From the NCBI GenBank assembly GCA_951406725.2, contig OX597831.1:83939318-84003317 (forward strand): a stretch of 64,000 bases of DNA, read 5' to 3'. The notes under the pieces were generated by a model, which made no database searches, had not been told where the DNA came from, and saw nothing but the letters and a program-made list of their open reading frames with translations. Made by a program: the position numbers and the translations under genes. Below are positions 38,060-51,326 of the stretch, one piece after another (positions within the stretch are counted from its first letter, which is position 1; every line of letters starts with the position of its first letter). This DNA is from Octopus vulgaris. Taxonomy: Eukaryota.

Positions 38060-41000
38060 TGTGGTGTGATGGTGAAGGAGTGTGACGGAATGGGGGGGAG
38101 CGGAAGTGGGGCTTGCAGGTCTTGCAGGGCGCATGCGCGGGCGGAAGCGGAAGTGACAGACAGAACGCACGTGTGGCATTGACCAGTTGCGCCAGACACG
38201 ACGAAGACACCGAGAAGACACGACGCGAGCGAGTTGGCTAAAGGCGATCCGAGTTCATCTCCGGCCAGGTAAGACCCAATCACATTTCCATTCCTTTCCT
38301 TGTTCTGTTGTACACTTTTCATACTACAAGCTATTTCGGCAAATAATCACTCGGTTTCGTAAAAAAAAAAATAGAAAATTATGCAGAGTGCTATGGTTTC
38401 ACGCGAGCCTATAACACCGTTTTGCGGCGACACCGATGTGGTCGCTTGGTTGAAGAGGGTAAAGTTGGTGGCGAAGCTCCACGGTATAGCTGACCTGGCT
38501 AGTTTTATGCCGTTGTATTTGGATGGCCCGGCCTTGGCGTATATTTAGAGATGGAGGAGACGGATCAACTCAGCGCAGATAAAGTGGAGATCCGACTTAT
38601 GGAGGCCTTCGCGGAAGGAATGTTTGAAGCGTACGGTCGGCTGGGTAGAATGAGATGACCGGACAACAGGTGGACGTGTTCGCCGGTGAGCTTAGAAGGT
38701 TGGCTAAACTGGCGGGATATGAGGGAGAGTCGCTAGAACGGACGGTTAGGTTAGCGTTCGTGACCGGCTTTCCCGACATCATGTCGGTCGAGCTACAGAA
38801 GCTCCCGAACGTGCGTTCGATGCCGATGGCCGATATCATGTCGCGGGCACGTGTACTGGTTTCGTGCAGCAAGTTGACGTCGGTAGCAGCGACTGTAACG
38901 TCGAAAAGTGGCCCAGCTAGGAGCAACGGAGAGGGGCTGAGGAAAGAACGCGTGCGATCGTTCAAAGGACAGTGTTTCCGGTGCCAAGGCCCACACATGG
39001 TCCGCGACTGCGCGTCGCCCAAGCCTGAGGTGATTTGCTACCGGTGTCGAGAGCCAGGGCATGTAGCCAGCGAGTGTCTGCGGGGAAACGGACCGCGGGA
39101 GACTACTGCGCCGGTAGTTGTCCCTTTGGATTAGTAGCGGCGCGTTTATCATCGTTACCTGTGGTCGACATTCTGGTGAAGGGGAAGATGTCGCGAGCCC
39201 TGGTGGACACGGGCTGTACGACGACCCTGATGACCACAGAAGTGGCAGAGACGTGGAGTGGAGGAAGCAGTGTTAGGGCAGTTGACGGAAGAGAAGTTCA
39301 CTGCGAAGGGGTTACGGATGCGCAGATTGTGGTGCAGGGACTACAGCTGATGTTGCGAGCGATTGTGGTTGGTCACTTGGTGGACGAGATCGACGTGGTG
39401 ATGGGGATGGATGCAATCACCCGTTTGGGAGGTGTCACCGTCAACGAGGCTGGCGTAACGTTTGGGTTAGCGGGGAAACCGTGTAGGGCGAGACCACGCA
39501 CCGACGACAACCGTGAGGAAAAGGATGCGGCGCACACCATTGAAGACAAGGATTTTCGGGCTGTCTTTGATGGCGAGAGGTGGACAGTGGAGTGGCACTG
39601 GAAGGGAGAGCCCCCGATGTTAAAGAATAAAGTGGGCTGCTATCAGCATACTCTAAAAGGAGATGCCAGAAGTGAGTTCGAGGGGGAGGTGGAGCGCTGG
39701 ATTAAGGAGGGCATACTGATCCCCTGGGAAAAGAAGAGAGCGGAGTCCTGCCACTGATGGCGGTGATACAGCCCACAAAGCATAAGGTCAGGCCAGTGCT
39801 CGACTTCCGAGAGCTGAATGACCACGTGTCGTGTCATACAGGCGGCGAGGCCACGGATGTCTGCGGAGACACCTTGCGAGAGTGGAGGCAGACGGCGGGG
39901 GCCTCCACTATTGTCGATTTAAAGTCGGCATATATTCAGGTGCATGTGGCTGAGAAACTATGTGAGTACCAGCTCGTCAGGTATAGGGGCCGGACGTACT
40001 GTCTGACCAGGTTGGGATTCGGGCTGAATTCAGCGCCGAAGATTATGGCAACAATTCTCAAGGCCATCCTGGGTAAGGTGGACAGAGTAAAAAGGGCAAC
40101 CAATTCATACATCGACGACATTCTGGTGGATGAAACCATGATACCAGCAACGGAGGTCATACGCCACCTGAAGAGTTTTGGACTGATCGCCAAGCCGCCA
40201 GAGGCTATGGAGGGAGGTGCTGCACTGGGCCTCAAGCTATGGAGAGACAAGGCGTGCGCCTTGGTGTTCCGGCGAGGGAATGAGGTCCCTAAACTAGGCG
40301 CCAGCATGAGTAGACGGCAACTGTTCTCTGTGTGTGGGAAGCTGGTGGGACACTACCCGATTGCAGGCTGGCTCCGGACAGCATGTAGCTTCATCAAGAG
40401 ACGAGCCGAAGGAGTGAAGTGGAATAATGAAGTGGGGGAGAGGACAATCGAAATGATGCAGGAAGTCTTGGCCAGAGTAGGAGCAGAGGACCCAGTGAGG
40501 GGCAACTGGTATGTTCCCAAATCAAAGAGCGGTATCGTATGGTGTGACGCCAGTTGCATCGCAATAGGGTTGTCTTGGAAGTGGGAGGTGTCACGGTGGA
40601 AGATGCGGCCTGGCTCAGGAAGATGGATGACTGCAATCATATCAACGTGGCGGAGTTCGATGCCGTGCTGAAGGGGGTGAACCTAGCCTTGAAGTCGGGG
40701 TTGCACACCATAGAAATCAGGACTGATTCGGCCACTGTACTTGGTTGGGCGACAGCAGTCATCACCGATGAGCGGAGGGTGCGGACCAAAGGGGCTGCAG
40801 AGATGCTGGTAAAGCGTCGATTAGGAATACTGCGTGAACTAACCACTGAGTTCAATCTGAAGCTGAGCGTGATCTTTGTGCCTTCCGAGAAGAACAGGGC
40901 AGACGTCCTGACCAGGGTAAAGCGAGCCTGGTTGCAGGTGCCAGAGGATGCGAAGCAGGCTGTAGCTGCTGTATGCCGTCTGACCGACTCGGAGTTACGG

Positions 41001-42290
41001 ATACTACACACCATGCATCACATGGGTGTGGACAGGACATTGTTCCTGGCCAGAAAAGTTGACTCCGACGTAACAAGACAGAGCGTGCAGAGAGTGGTTA
41101 GCAGTTGTGACAGGTGCCAGTCCATCGACCCTGCTCCGGTCGTGCATGAAGCGGAAGTATTCCAGTGGACCAGGACTGGAGACGACTGGCGATGGACATA
41201 ACACACTACCGGCAGGGGACATACCTCTCAATGGTTGACTGCGGACCGGGGCGGATGAAGGGAGATGAAGTCGGGGACCGCAGAAGAAATTGTGAAAGTG
41301 TTGAATGAGATATTCCTGGAACGAGGTCCCGTGGATGAATTGCTTCTGGACAACGGCACTGCATTTCGCTCGGATGTGCTGAGAGAAATGCTTGATGAGT
41401 GGAAGGTCAACCGCTTCTTCAGGGCGGCATACCGGCCAAGTGGAAACGGGGTGGTGGAAAGGCATCATCGTACCATCAAGGCCATCGCAGAGAGGGGTCA
41501 CATTTCACCAGTCGAGGCCGTGTTTTGGTACAATATGTCGCCCAGATCAGGACAGGCTGAGGAGTCGGTGCCACACAGGGCAATATTCAGGTACGAGTGG
41601 AGGCATCCCTGTACTACATCAATGCGACCCGGGGCAGAGGAAGAGCACGCCTTCGTGCAGGTCGGGGAGGAAGTCTGGGTAAAACACCCCAACGCACGGT
41701 GTAGATCGCAATGGGGAAAGGGGACAATAACCTCCGTAAATTCAAAGAATAACATCTCGGTCGATGGTATGCCACGCCACGTTTTGGACATACGGAGGAT
41801 TGTCCATGCCCCAGAGGATGGGGCCAGCAGCAGTGGGCAAGACGAAAACAACAGACAGGATGACGCTGTCGGCAGCAACACGCCAAGAACAAGCCCTAGG
41901 GTCGCACTGCGATCACAGAGGGAGCGGCACCCTCCTCCCTGGTTGACTGATTATGAAACCAGTTTCAGGTGCGGGAGTGAGTGAGGAAGCCGGTTCAGTG
42001 ATCTGTAGATCAGGGGGGCGTGTGGTGTGTGGTGAAGGAGTGTGACGGATGGGGGAGAGCGGAAGTGGGGCTTGCAGGGCTTGCAGGGCTTGCAGGGCGC
42101 ATGCGCCGGAGGAAGCGGAAGTGACAGGCAGAACGCACATGCGGCATTGAGGAGTTGCGGCAGACAGGACGAAGGGACCAGACGAGCGAGTTGGCTAAAA
42201 GCGATCCAAGTTCATCTCCGACGAGGTAAGACCCAATTACATTTCCATTCTCCCTTTTTCTGTTGTACTCTTTTCACCGTTCACACTACA
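38060..42290 (+). mobile_element. LTR family 2, copy 2 (chimeric LTR-a...LTR-b), full length with frameshifts
   Basis: LTR-a 38060-38328, PBS 38329-38341, gag from ATG 38381 (frameshift at ~38656) to 39134, pol fragments 39083-41984, PPT, LTR-b 42021-42290. Confidence 0.93.
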
Positions 42291-43173
42291 CACACACATC
42301 CCCCGGTCTGAGATTCGAACCCGCGAATTCTCGACCGCGAGTCCGCTGTTCTAACCACTAGGTTATGTGCCTCCACTATTCCGCTTATACTTACCACTAT
42401 TGTTGCAATCATAAGAACACATAAAACATTGGTTGCAAATGTGTGTGTGTGTGTGAGTGTGTATGTGTGTTTCTTGTGAGTGTGTATGCGTGCGTGTGTG
42501 TTTGTGTTTGATGTGTGTGCGTGAGTGTGTATGTTTGTTGTGAGTGTGTGTATGTATGTTTGTTGTGAGTGTATATGTGTGCGTGTGTGTTTGTGTTTGT
42601 GCTTGATGTGTGTGTGTGTATGTGTGCGTGAGTGTATGTGTGTTTGTTGTGAGTGTGTATGTGTGCGTGTGTATGTGTGCTTGTGTGTGTGTAGATGTGT
42701 GTATCTATTGGTCTCCTTCAGTCATTCTCTATCTCTCTGTCTTCATCATCCCGCCAGACACGCATTTTGAGTCAATCTACGAACGTGTGTTTGATTGCTG
42801 TGTGTGTCAATGTGTGTTTGATTGCTGTGTGTGCCAGTGCATGCGCGCTCGCAGGCGCGTTTTTTTGCGTCTGCTTCTGTGCATGTGCGTAGACTACCAA
42901 GATGATGTGCGGGGCAGAAACGTTAGCACGCCGGGCGAAATGCATATCCGTATTTCGTCTGCCGTTACGTTCTGAGTTTAAATTCCACCGAGGTCGACTT
43001 TGCCTTTCATCCTTTCGGGGTCGATAAATTAAGTACCAGCTACGCACTGGGGTCGATATAATCGACTTAATCCGTTTGTCTGTCCTTGTTTGTCCCCCCT
43101 GTGTTTAGCCCCTTATGGCTAGTAAAGAAATGCATATATGTATTATGTAAGCACGTATGTATATGCTTGTATA
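42291..43173. repeat. Host spacer, copy 2
   Basis: Matches 37038-38059. Confidence 0.92.
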
Positions 43174-46100
43174 TGTGGTGTGATGGTGAAGGAGTGTGAC
43201 GAAATGGGGGGGAGCGGAAGTGGGGCTTGCATGTCCTGCAGGGCGCTCTCGCGGGCGGAAGCGGAAGTGACAGACAGAAAGCAAGTGCGGCATTGACCAG
43301 TTGCGCCAGACACGACGAAGACACCGAGAAGACACGACGCGAGCGAGTTGGCTAAAGGCGATCCGAGTTCATCTCCGGCCAGGTAAGACCCAATTACATT
43401 TCCATTCCTTTCCTTGTTCTGTTGTACTCTTTTCATACTACAAGCTATTTCGGCAAATAATCACTCGGTTTCGTAAAAAAAAAAAAAGAAAATTATGCAG
43501 AGTGCTATGGTTTCACGCGAGCCTATAACACCGGTTTGCGGCGACACCGATGTGGTCGCTTGGTTGAAGAGGGTAAAGTTGGTGGCGAAGCTCCACGGTA
43601 TAGCTGACCTGGCTAGTTTTATGCCGTTGTATTTGGATGGCCCGGCCTTGGTGTTATATTTAGAGATGGAAGAGACGGACCAACTCAGCGCAGATAAAGT
43701 GGAGATCCGACTTATGGAGGCCTTCGCGGAAGGAATGTTTGAAGCGTACGGTCGGCTGGGTAGAATGAGATGACCGGACAACAGGTGGACGTGTTCGCCT
43801 GTGAGCTTAGAAGGTTGGCTAAACTGGCGGGATATGAGGGAGAGTCGCTAGAACGGACGATTAGGTTAGCGTTCGTGGCCGGCTTTCCCGACATCATGTC
43901 GGTCGAGCTACAGAAGCTTCCGAAAATGCGTTCGATGCCGATGGTCGATATCATATCGCGGGCACGTGTACTGGTTTCGTGCAGCAGGTTGACGTCGGTA
44001 GCAGCGACTGTAACGTCGAAAAGTGGCCCAGCTAGGAGCAACGGAGAGGGGCTGAGGAAAGAATGCGTTCGATCGTTCAAAGGACAGTGTTTCCGGTGCC
44101 AAGGCCCACACATGGTCCGCGACTGCGCGTCGCCCAAGCCTGAGGTGATTTGCTACCGGTGTCGAGAGCCAGGGCATGTAGCCAGCGAGTGTCTGCGGGG
44201 AAACGGACCGCGGGAGACTACTGCGCCGGTAGTTGTCCCTTTGGATTAGTAGCGGCGCGTTTATCATCGTTAACTGCGGTCGACATTCTGGTGAAGGGGA
44301 AGATGTCGCGAGCCCTGGTGGACACGGGCTGTACGACGACCATGATGACCACAGAAGTGGCAGAGACATGGAGTGGAGGAAGCAGTGTTAGGGCAGTCGA
44401 CGGAAGAGAAGTTCACTGCGAAGGGGTTTCGGATGCGCAGATTGTGGTGCAGGGACTACAGCTGACGTTGCGAGCGATTGTGGTTGGTCACTTGGTGGAC
44501 GAGATCGACGTGGTGATGGGGATGGATGCAATCACCCGTTTGGGAGGTGTCACCGTCAACGAGGCTGGCGTAACGTTTGGGTTAGCGGGGAAACCGTGTA
44601 GGGCGAGACCACGCACCGACGACAACCGTGAGGAAAAGGATGCGGCGCACACCATTGAAGACCAGGATTTTCGGGCTGTTTTGATGGCGAGAGGTGAAGA
44701 GTGGAGTGGCACTGGAAGGGAGAGCCCCCGATGTTAAAGAATAAAGTGGGCTGCTATCAGCATACTCTAAAATGAGATGCCAGAAGTGAGTTCGAGAGGG
44801 AGGTGGAGAGGTGGATTAAGGAGGGCATACTGATCCCTTGGGAAAAAGAAGAGAGCGGAGTCCTGCCACTGATGGCGGTGATACAGCCCACAAAGCATAA
44901 GGTCAGGCCAGTGCTCGAATTCCGAGAGCTGAATGACCAAGTGTCGTGTCATACAGGCGGCGAGGCCACGGATGTCTGCGGAGACACCTTGCGAGAGTGG
45001 AGGCAGACGGCGGGGGCCTCCACGATTGTCGATTTAAAGTCGGCATACCTTCAGGTGCATGTGGCTGAGAAACTATGGAAGTACCAGCTCGTCAGGTATA
45101 GGGGCCGGACGTACTGTCTGACCAGGTTGGGATTCGGGCTGAATTCAGCGCCGAAGATTATGGCAACAACTCTCAAGGCCATCCTGTGTGAGGTGGACAG
45201 AATAAAAAGGGCCACCAATTCATACAACGACGACATACTGCTGGATGAAACCGTGATTCCAGCAACGGAGGTCATAGGCCACCTGAAGAGTTTTGGACTG
45301 ATCGCCAAGCCACCAGAGGCTATGGAGGGAGGTGCTGCACTGGGCCTCAAGCTATGGAGAGACAAGGCCGGCGCCTTGGTGTTCCGGCGAGGGAATGAGG
45401 TCCCTGAACTGGGCGCCAGCATGAGTAGACGGCAACTGTTCTCTGTGTGTGGGAAGCTGGTGGGACACTACCCGATTGCAGGCTGGCTCCGGACAGCATG
45501 CAGCTTCATCAAGAGACGAGCCGAAGGAGTGAAGTGGAATGATGAAGTGGGGGAGAGGACAATCGAAATGATGCAGGAAGTCTTGGCCAGAGTAGGAGCA
45601 GAGGACCCAGTGAGGGGCAACTGGTATGTTCCCAAATCAAAGAGCGGTATCGTATGGTGTGACGCCAGTTGCATCGCAATAGGGTTGTCTTGGAAGTGGG
45701 AGGTGTCACGTTGGAAGATGCGGCCTGGCTCAGGAAGATGGATGACTGCAATCATATCAACGTGGCGGAGTTGGATGCCGTGCTGAAGGGGGTGAACCTA
45801 GCCTTGAAGTGGGGGTTGCACACCATAGAAATCAGGACTGATTCGGCCACTGTACTTTGTTGGGCGACAGCAGTCATCACCGATGAGCGGAGGGTGCGGA
45901 CCAAAGGGGCTGCAGAGATGCTGGTAAAGCGTCGATTAGGAATACTGCGTGAACTAACCACTGAGTTCAATCTGAAGCTGAGCGTGATCTTTGTGCCTTC
46001 CGAGAAGAACAGGGCAGACGTCCTGACCAGGGTAAAGCGAGCCTTGTTGCAGGTGCCAGAGGATGCGAAGCAGGCTGTAGCTGCAGTATGCCGTCTGAGC

Positions 46101-49100
46101 GACTCGGAGTTACGGAGACTGCACACCATGCATCACATGGGTGTGGACAGGACGTTGTTCCTAGCCAGAAAAGTTGACTCCGACGTAACAAGACAGAGTG
46201 TGCAGAGAGTGGTTAGCAGTTGTGACAGATGCCAGTCCATCGACCCTGATCCGGTCGTGCATGAAGCGGGAAGTATTCCAGTGGACCAGGACTGGAGACG
46301 ACTGGCGGTGGACATAACACACTACCGGCAGGGGACATACCTCTCAATGGTTGACTGCGGACCGGGGCGGTTCGCCATATGGAGGGACATGGTGGACACG
46401 GGCTGTACAACGACCCTGATGACTACGGAAGTGGCATCCACCAGAATGTCGTCGATGTATGAATTGGTGGCCCTTTTTACTCTGTCCACCTTCCCCAGGA
46501 TGGCCTTGAGAATTGTTGCCATAATCTTCGGCGCTGAATTCAGCACGAATCCCAAACTGGTCAGACAGTACGTCCGGCCCCTATACCTGACGAGCTGGTA
46601 CTTCCATAATTTCTCAGCCACATGCACCTGAAGGTATGCCGAGTTCAAATCGACAATCGTGGAGGCCCCCGCCGTCTGCCTCCACTCTCGCAATGTGTCT
46701 CCGCAGACATCCGTGGCCTCGCCGCCTGTATGACACGACACGTGGTCATTCAGCTCTCGGAAGTCAAGCAGTGGCCTGACCTTATGATTGTGGGCTGTAT
46801 AACCACCATCAGTGGCAGGACTCCGCTCTCTTCTTTTTCCCAGGGGATCAGTATGCCCTCCTTAATCCACCGCTCCACTTCCCCCTCGAACTCACTTCTA
46901 GCATCTCCTTTTAGAGTATGCTGATAGCAGCCCACTTTATTCTTTAACATCGGGGGCTCTCCCTTCCAGTGCCACTCCACTGTCCACCTCTTGCCATCAA
47001 AGACGGCCCGAAAATCCTGGTCTTCAATGGTGTGCGCCGCATCCTTTTCCTCACGGTTGTCGTCGGTGCACGGTCTCGCCCTACACGGTTTCCCCGCTAA
47101 CCCAAACGTTACGCCAGCCTCGTTGACGGTGACACCTCCCAAGCGGGTGATTGCATCCATCCCCATCACCACGTCAATCTCGTCCACCAAGTGACCAACC
47201 ACAATTGCTCGCAACGTCAGCTGTAGTCCCTGCACCACAATCTGTGCATCCGTAACCCCTTCGCAGTGCTCTTCTCTTCCGTCGACTGCCCTAACACTGC
47301 TTCCTCCACTCCACGTGCACTTCGCAGTGCACTTCTCTTCCGTCGACTGCCCTAACACTGCTTCCTCCACTCCACGTGGAGTGGAGGAAGCAGTGTTAGG
47401 GCAGTTGACGGAAGAGAAGAACACTGCGAAGGGGTTACGGATGCGCAGATTGTGGTGCAGGGACTACAGCTGACGTTGCGAGCAAATGTGGTTGCTCACT
47501 TGGTGGACGAGATTGACGTGGTGATGGGGATGGATGCAATCACCCGTTTGGGAGGTGTCACCGTCAACGAGGCTGGCGTAACGTTTGGGTTAGCGGGGAA
47601 ACCGTGTAGGGCGAGACCACGCACCGACGACAACCGTGAGGAAAATGATGCGGCGCACACCATTCAAGACCAGGATTTTCGGGCTGTCTTTGATGGCAAG
47701 AGGTGGACAGTGGAGTGGCACTGGAAGGGAGAGCCCCGATGTTAAAGAATAAAGTGGGCTGCTATCAGCATACTCTAAAAGGAGATGCCAGAATTGAGTT
47801 CGAGGGGGGTGTGGAGCGGTGGATTAAGGAGGGCATACTGATCCCTTGGGAAAAAGAAGAGAGCGGAGTCCTGCCACTGACGGCGGTGATACAGCCCACA
47901 AAGCATAAGGTCAGGCCAGTGCTTGACTTCCGAGAAATCAATGACCCCGTGTCGTGTCATAGAGGCGGCGAGGCCACGGATGTCTGCGGAGACACCTTGC
48001 GAGAGTGGTGGCAGACGACGGGGGGCTCCACGATTGTCGATTTGAAGTCGGCATACCTACAGGTGCATGTGGATGAGAAATTATGGAAGTACCAGCTCGT
48101 CAGGTATAGGGGCCGGACGTACTGTCTGACCAGGTTGGGATTCGGGCTGAATTCAGCGCCGAAGATTATGGCAACAATTCTCAAGGCCATCCTGGGGAAG
48201 GTGGACAGAGTAAAACGGGCCACCAATTCATACATCGACGACATTCTGGTGGATGAAACCGTGATACAAGCAACGGAGGTCATAGGCCACCTGAAGAGTT
48301 TTGGACTGATCGCCAAGCCGCCAGAGTCTATGGAGGGAGGTGCTGCACTGGGCCTCAAGCTATGGAGAGACAAGGCCGGCTCCTTGGTGTTCCGGCGAGG
48401 GAATGAGGTCCCAGAACTGGGCGCCAGTATGAGTAGACGGGAACTGTTCTCTGTGTGTGGGAAGCTGGTGGGACACTACCCGATTGCAGGCTTGCTCCGG
48501 ACAGCATGTAGCTTCATCAAGAGAAGAGCCGAAGGAGTGAAGTGGAATGATAAAATGGGGGAGAGGACAATCGACATGATGCAGGAAGTCTTGGTCAGAA
48601 TAGGAGCAGAGGACACAGTGAGGGGCAACTGGTATGTTCCCAGATCAAAGAACGGGATCGTATGGTGTGACGCCAGTAGCATCGCAATAGGGGTTGTCTT
48701 GGAAGTGGGAGGTGTCACGGTGGAAGATGCGGCCTGGCTCAGGAAGATGGATGACTGCAATCATATCAACGTGGCGGAGTTGGATGCCGTGCTGAAGGGT
48801 TGATCCTGGCCTTGAAGTGGGGGTTGCACACCATAGAAATCAGGACTGATTCGGCCACTGTACTTTGTTGGGCGACAGCAGTCATCGCCGATGAGCGGAG
48901 GGTGCGGACCAAAGGGGCTGCAGAGATGCTGGTAAAGCGTCGATTAGGAATACTGCGTGAACTAACCACTGGGTTCAATCTGAAGCTGAGCGTGATCTTT
49001 GTGCCTTCCGAGAAGAACAGGGCAGACGTCCTGACCAGGGTAAAGCGAGCCTGGTTGCAGGTGCCAGAGGATGCGAAGCAGGCTGTAGCTGCAGTATTCC

Positions 49101-50404
49101 GTCTGAGCGACTCGGAGTAAAGGAGACTGCACACCATGCATCACATGGGTGTGGACAGGACATTGTTCCTGGCCAGAAAAGTTGACTCCGACGTAACAAG
49201 ACAGAGTGTGCAGAGAGTGGTTAGCAGTTGTGACAGGTGCCAGTCCATCGACCCTGCTCCGGTCGTGCATGAAGCGGGAAGTATTCCAGTGGACCAGGAC
49301 TGGAGACGACTGGCGGTGGACATAACGCACTACCGGCAGGGGACATACCTCTCAATGGTTGACTGCGGACCGGGGCGAATGAAGGGAGATGAAGTTTGGG
49401 ACCGCAGAAGAAATTGTGAAAGTGTTGAATGAGATATTCCTGGAACGAGGCCCCGTGGATGAACTGCTTCTGGACAACGGCACTGCATTTCGCTCGGATG
49501 TGCTGAGAGAAATGCTTGATGATTGGAAGGGCAACCGCTTCTTCAGGGCGGCATACCGGCCAAGTGGAAACGGGGTGGTGGAAAGGCATCATCGTACCAT
49601 CAAGGCCATCGCAGAGAGGCGTCACATTTCACCAGTCGAGGCCGTGTTTTGGTACAATATGTCGCCCAGATCAGGACAGGCTGAGGAGTCGGTGCCACAC
49701 AGGGCAATATTCAGGTACGAGTGGAGGCATCCATGTACTACATCAATGCGACCCGGGGCAGAGGAAGAGCACGCCTTCGTGCAGGTCGGGGAGGAGGTCT
49801 GGGTAAAACCCCCAAACGCGCGGTGTACATCGCAATGGGAAAAGGGGACAATAACCTCCGTAAATTCAAAGAATAACATCTCGGTCGATGGTATGCCACG
49901 CCACATTTTGGACATACGGAGGATTGTCCCTGCCCCAGAGAATGGGGCCAGCAGCAGTGGGCAAGACGAAAACAACAGACAGGATGATGCTGTCGGCAGC
50001 AACACGCCAGGATCAAGTCCTAGGGTCGCACTGCGACCACAGAGGGAGCGGCACCCTCCTCCCTGGTTGGCTGATTATGAAACCAGTTTCAGGTGCGGGA
50101 GTGAGTGAGGAAGCCGGTTCAGTGATCTGTAGATCAGGGGGCGTGTATTGTGTGGTGAAGGAGTGTAACGGATGGTGGAGAGCGGAAGTGGGGCTTGCAG
50201 GGGCTTGCAGGGCGCATGCGCCGGAGGAAGCGGAAGTGACAGGCAGAACGCACGTGCGGCATTGAGGAGTTGCGGCAGACAGGACGAAGGGACCAGATTA
50301 GCGAGTTGGCTAAAAGCGATCCAAGTTCATCTCCGACGAGGTAAGACCCAATTACATTTCCATTCTCCCTTTTCTGTTGTACTCTTTTCACCGTTCACAC
50401 TACA
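43174..50404 (+). mobile_element. LTR family 2, copy 3 (LTR-a...LTR-b) with one fold-back duplication
   Basis: LTR-a 43174-43442, PBS, gag/pol to ~46388, inverted PR-RT ~46436-47375, second pol to 50108, LTR-b 50144-50404. Confidence 0.92.
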
Positions 50405-51326
50405 CACACACATCCCACGGTCTGAGATTCGAACCCGCGAATTCTCGACCGCGAGTCCGCTGTTCTAACCACTAGGTTATGTGCCTCCACTATTCCGCTT
50501 ATACTTACCACTATTGTTGCAATCATAAGAACACATAAAACATTGGTTGCAAATGTGTGTGTGCGTGTGTGTGTGTGAGTGTGTATGTCTGTTGTGAGTG
50601 TGTGTATGTGTGCGTGAGTACGTGTATGTTTGTTGTGAGTGTGTATGTGTGCGTGTGTGTTTGTTTGATGTGTGTGCGTGAGTGTGTATGTTTGTTGTTA
50701 GTGTGTGTATGTTTGTTGTGAGTGTATATGTGTGCGTGTGTGTTTGTGTTTGTGCTTGATGTGTGTGTGTGTATGTGTGCGTGAGTGTATGTGTGTTTGT
50801 TGTGAGTGTGTATGTGTGCGTGTGTATGTGTGCTTGTGTGTGTGTAGATGTGTGTATCTATTGGTCTCCTTCAGTCATTCTCTATCTCTCTGTCTTCATC
50901 ATCCCGCCAGACACGCATTTTGAGTCAATCTACGAACGTGTGTTTGATTGCTGTGTGTGTCAATGTGTGTTTGATTGCTGTGTGTGCCAGTGCATGCGCG
51001 CTCGCAGGCGCGTTTTTTTGCGTCTGCTTCTGTGCATGTGCGTAGACTACCAAGATGATGTGCGGGGCAGAAACGTTAGCACGCCGGGCGAAATGCATAT
51101 CCGTATTTCGTCTGCCGTTACGTTCTGAGTTTAAATTCCACCGAGGTCGACTTTGCCTTTCATCCTTTCGGGGTCGATAAATTAAGTACCAGTTACGCAC
51201 TGGGGTCGATATAATCGACTTAATCCGTTTGTCTGTCCTTGTTTGTCCCCTCTGTGTTTAGCCCCTTATGGCTAGTAAAGAAATGCATATATGTATTATG
51301 TAAGCACGTATGTATATGCTTGTATA
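50405..51326. repeat. Host spacer, copy 3
   Basis: Matches 37038-38059. Confidence 0.92.
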
